Shown here one piece after another: positions 63,421 through 64,000 of a stretch of DNA of 64,000 bases. The translations under genes were made by a program, and so were the position numbers. The DNA lies in assembly GCA_038214755.1 (NCBI GenBank), contig JBBQRQ010000003.1, forward strand, positions 1 to 64,000. Reading direction: 5' to 3'. Under the pieces are notes generated by a model. That model was not told the origin of the DNA. It did not search any database and was given only the letters and a program-made list of their open reading frames with translations. This DNA comes from Verrucomicrobiota bacterium. Lineage in GTDB: Bacteria > Verrucomicrobiota > Verrucomicrobiia > Limisphaerales > CANJXF01. Within the stretch, counting starts at the first letter, position 1, and every line of letters begins with the position of its first letter.

Positions 63421-64000
63421 CTAGAGGATCCCCAACAAGTATTTGAAGCTGCCTTTGCTGCGGATGGAAACTTCCTGGTGACCTCAGGTAAACATCATGC
63501 CCGGCTATATCAACTGAAGGTGGACGGTGAGAAGTTGAGCCTGCTCGGACACACTCGCGCCGTCCCCGGAGTCGCTTTCAGTCCCGATGGAACTCAGCTT
63601 GCCTCTGTCAGCCCAGACAAGACCGTGAGAGCATGGGATGCGGTTACAGGTCGCAAAGTTTGGGACGATGTCGCACTTCCAGGGCGTGGCCAAGCCTTGG
63701 CCTACAGCCCGGACGGAGAGTTGTTAGCGGCTGCCGATTTACAGACCCATTGGGTATGGGTGTTGGATGCCCGCACTGGAAAGCGGCTCCTCGAATTGGG
63801 AACGAACGAATATGGCGCGACGCACTCGGTCCAGTTCAGTCCAGACGGTCGCTGCTTGGCAACTGCGAGCTCTGTTCACGGAATCGAAGTTTGGGCGATT
63901 GAGCGCCGGGCACTTACAAATGGAGGAATTGGCGTCATCGCCTCAGTCGTAAAATCAACGCCTGGCCGCTTTCATAGCCTTGTTTTTGCACCAGACAGTC
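63421..64000 (+). pseudogene. WD40-repeat protein fragment, 5' end lost at the IS junction, runs off the window
   Basis: Open frame from 63421: GHTRAVPGVAFSPDGTQLASVSPDKTVRAWD, ALAYSPDG and VQFSPDG. Upstream in-frame stop at 63391 inside the IS. Confidence 0.85.

Overview
64-kb bacterial chromosomal window, probably from a Verrucomicrobia subdivision-3-like genome. This is an inference from the DUF1559-type prepilin, surface proteins ending in F[YF]R, and several starts with no clear Shine-Dalgarno. The housekeeping backbone (gltB, gltD, nusA-infB-rbfA-nrnA-truB-ribF, chdC, smc, a MoxR ATPase) is interleaved with accessory DNA: a giant surface-protein gene broken by IS630 and two frameshifts; a 12.7-kb Rhs polymorphic-toxin island between gltB and gltD; several toxin-antitoxin pairs; a type II R-M-like pair with a nonsense-inactivated nuclease; four remnants of one HUH (IS200/RAYT-like) transposase; and an IS1182 whose two flanks come from different genes. 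The most striking signal is about ten families of REP-like palindromic elements and 7-bp microsatellites. They occur between genes and are also translated in frame inside proteins: a 126-bp element in the SMC hinge, a prepilin leader, and four loops in each of two near-identical CHAT paralogs. At two of those homologous CHAT loops the paralogs carry different palindrome families, suggesting repeat-cassette exchange that rewrites protein loops. No rRNA, tRNA or CRISPR array was seen. All family calls come from motif recognition by eye, not database searches.
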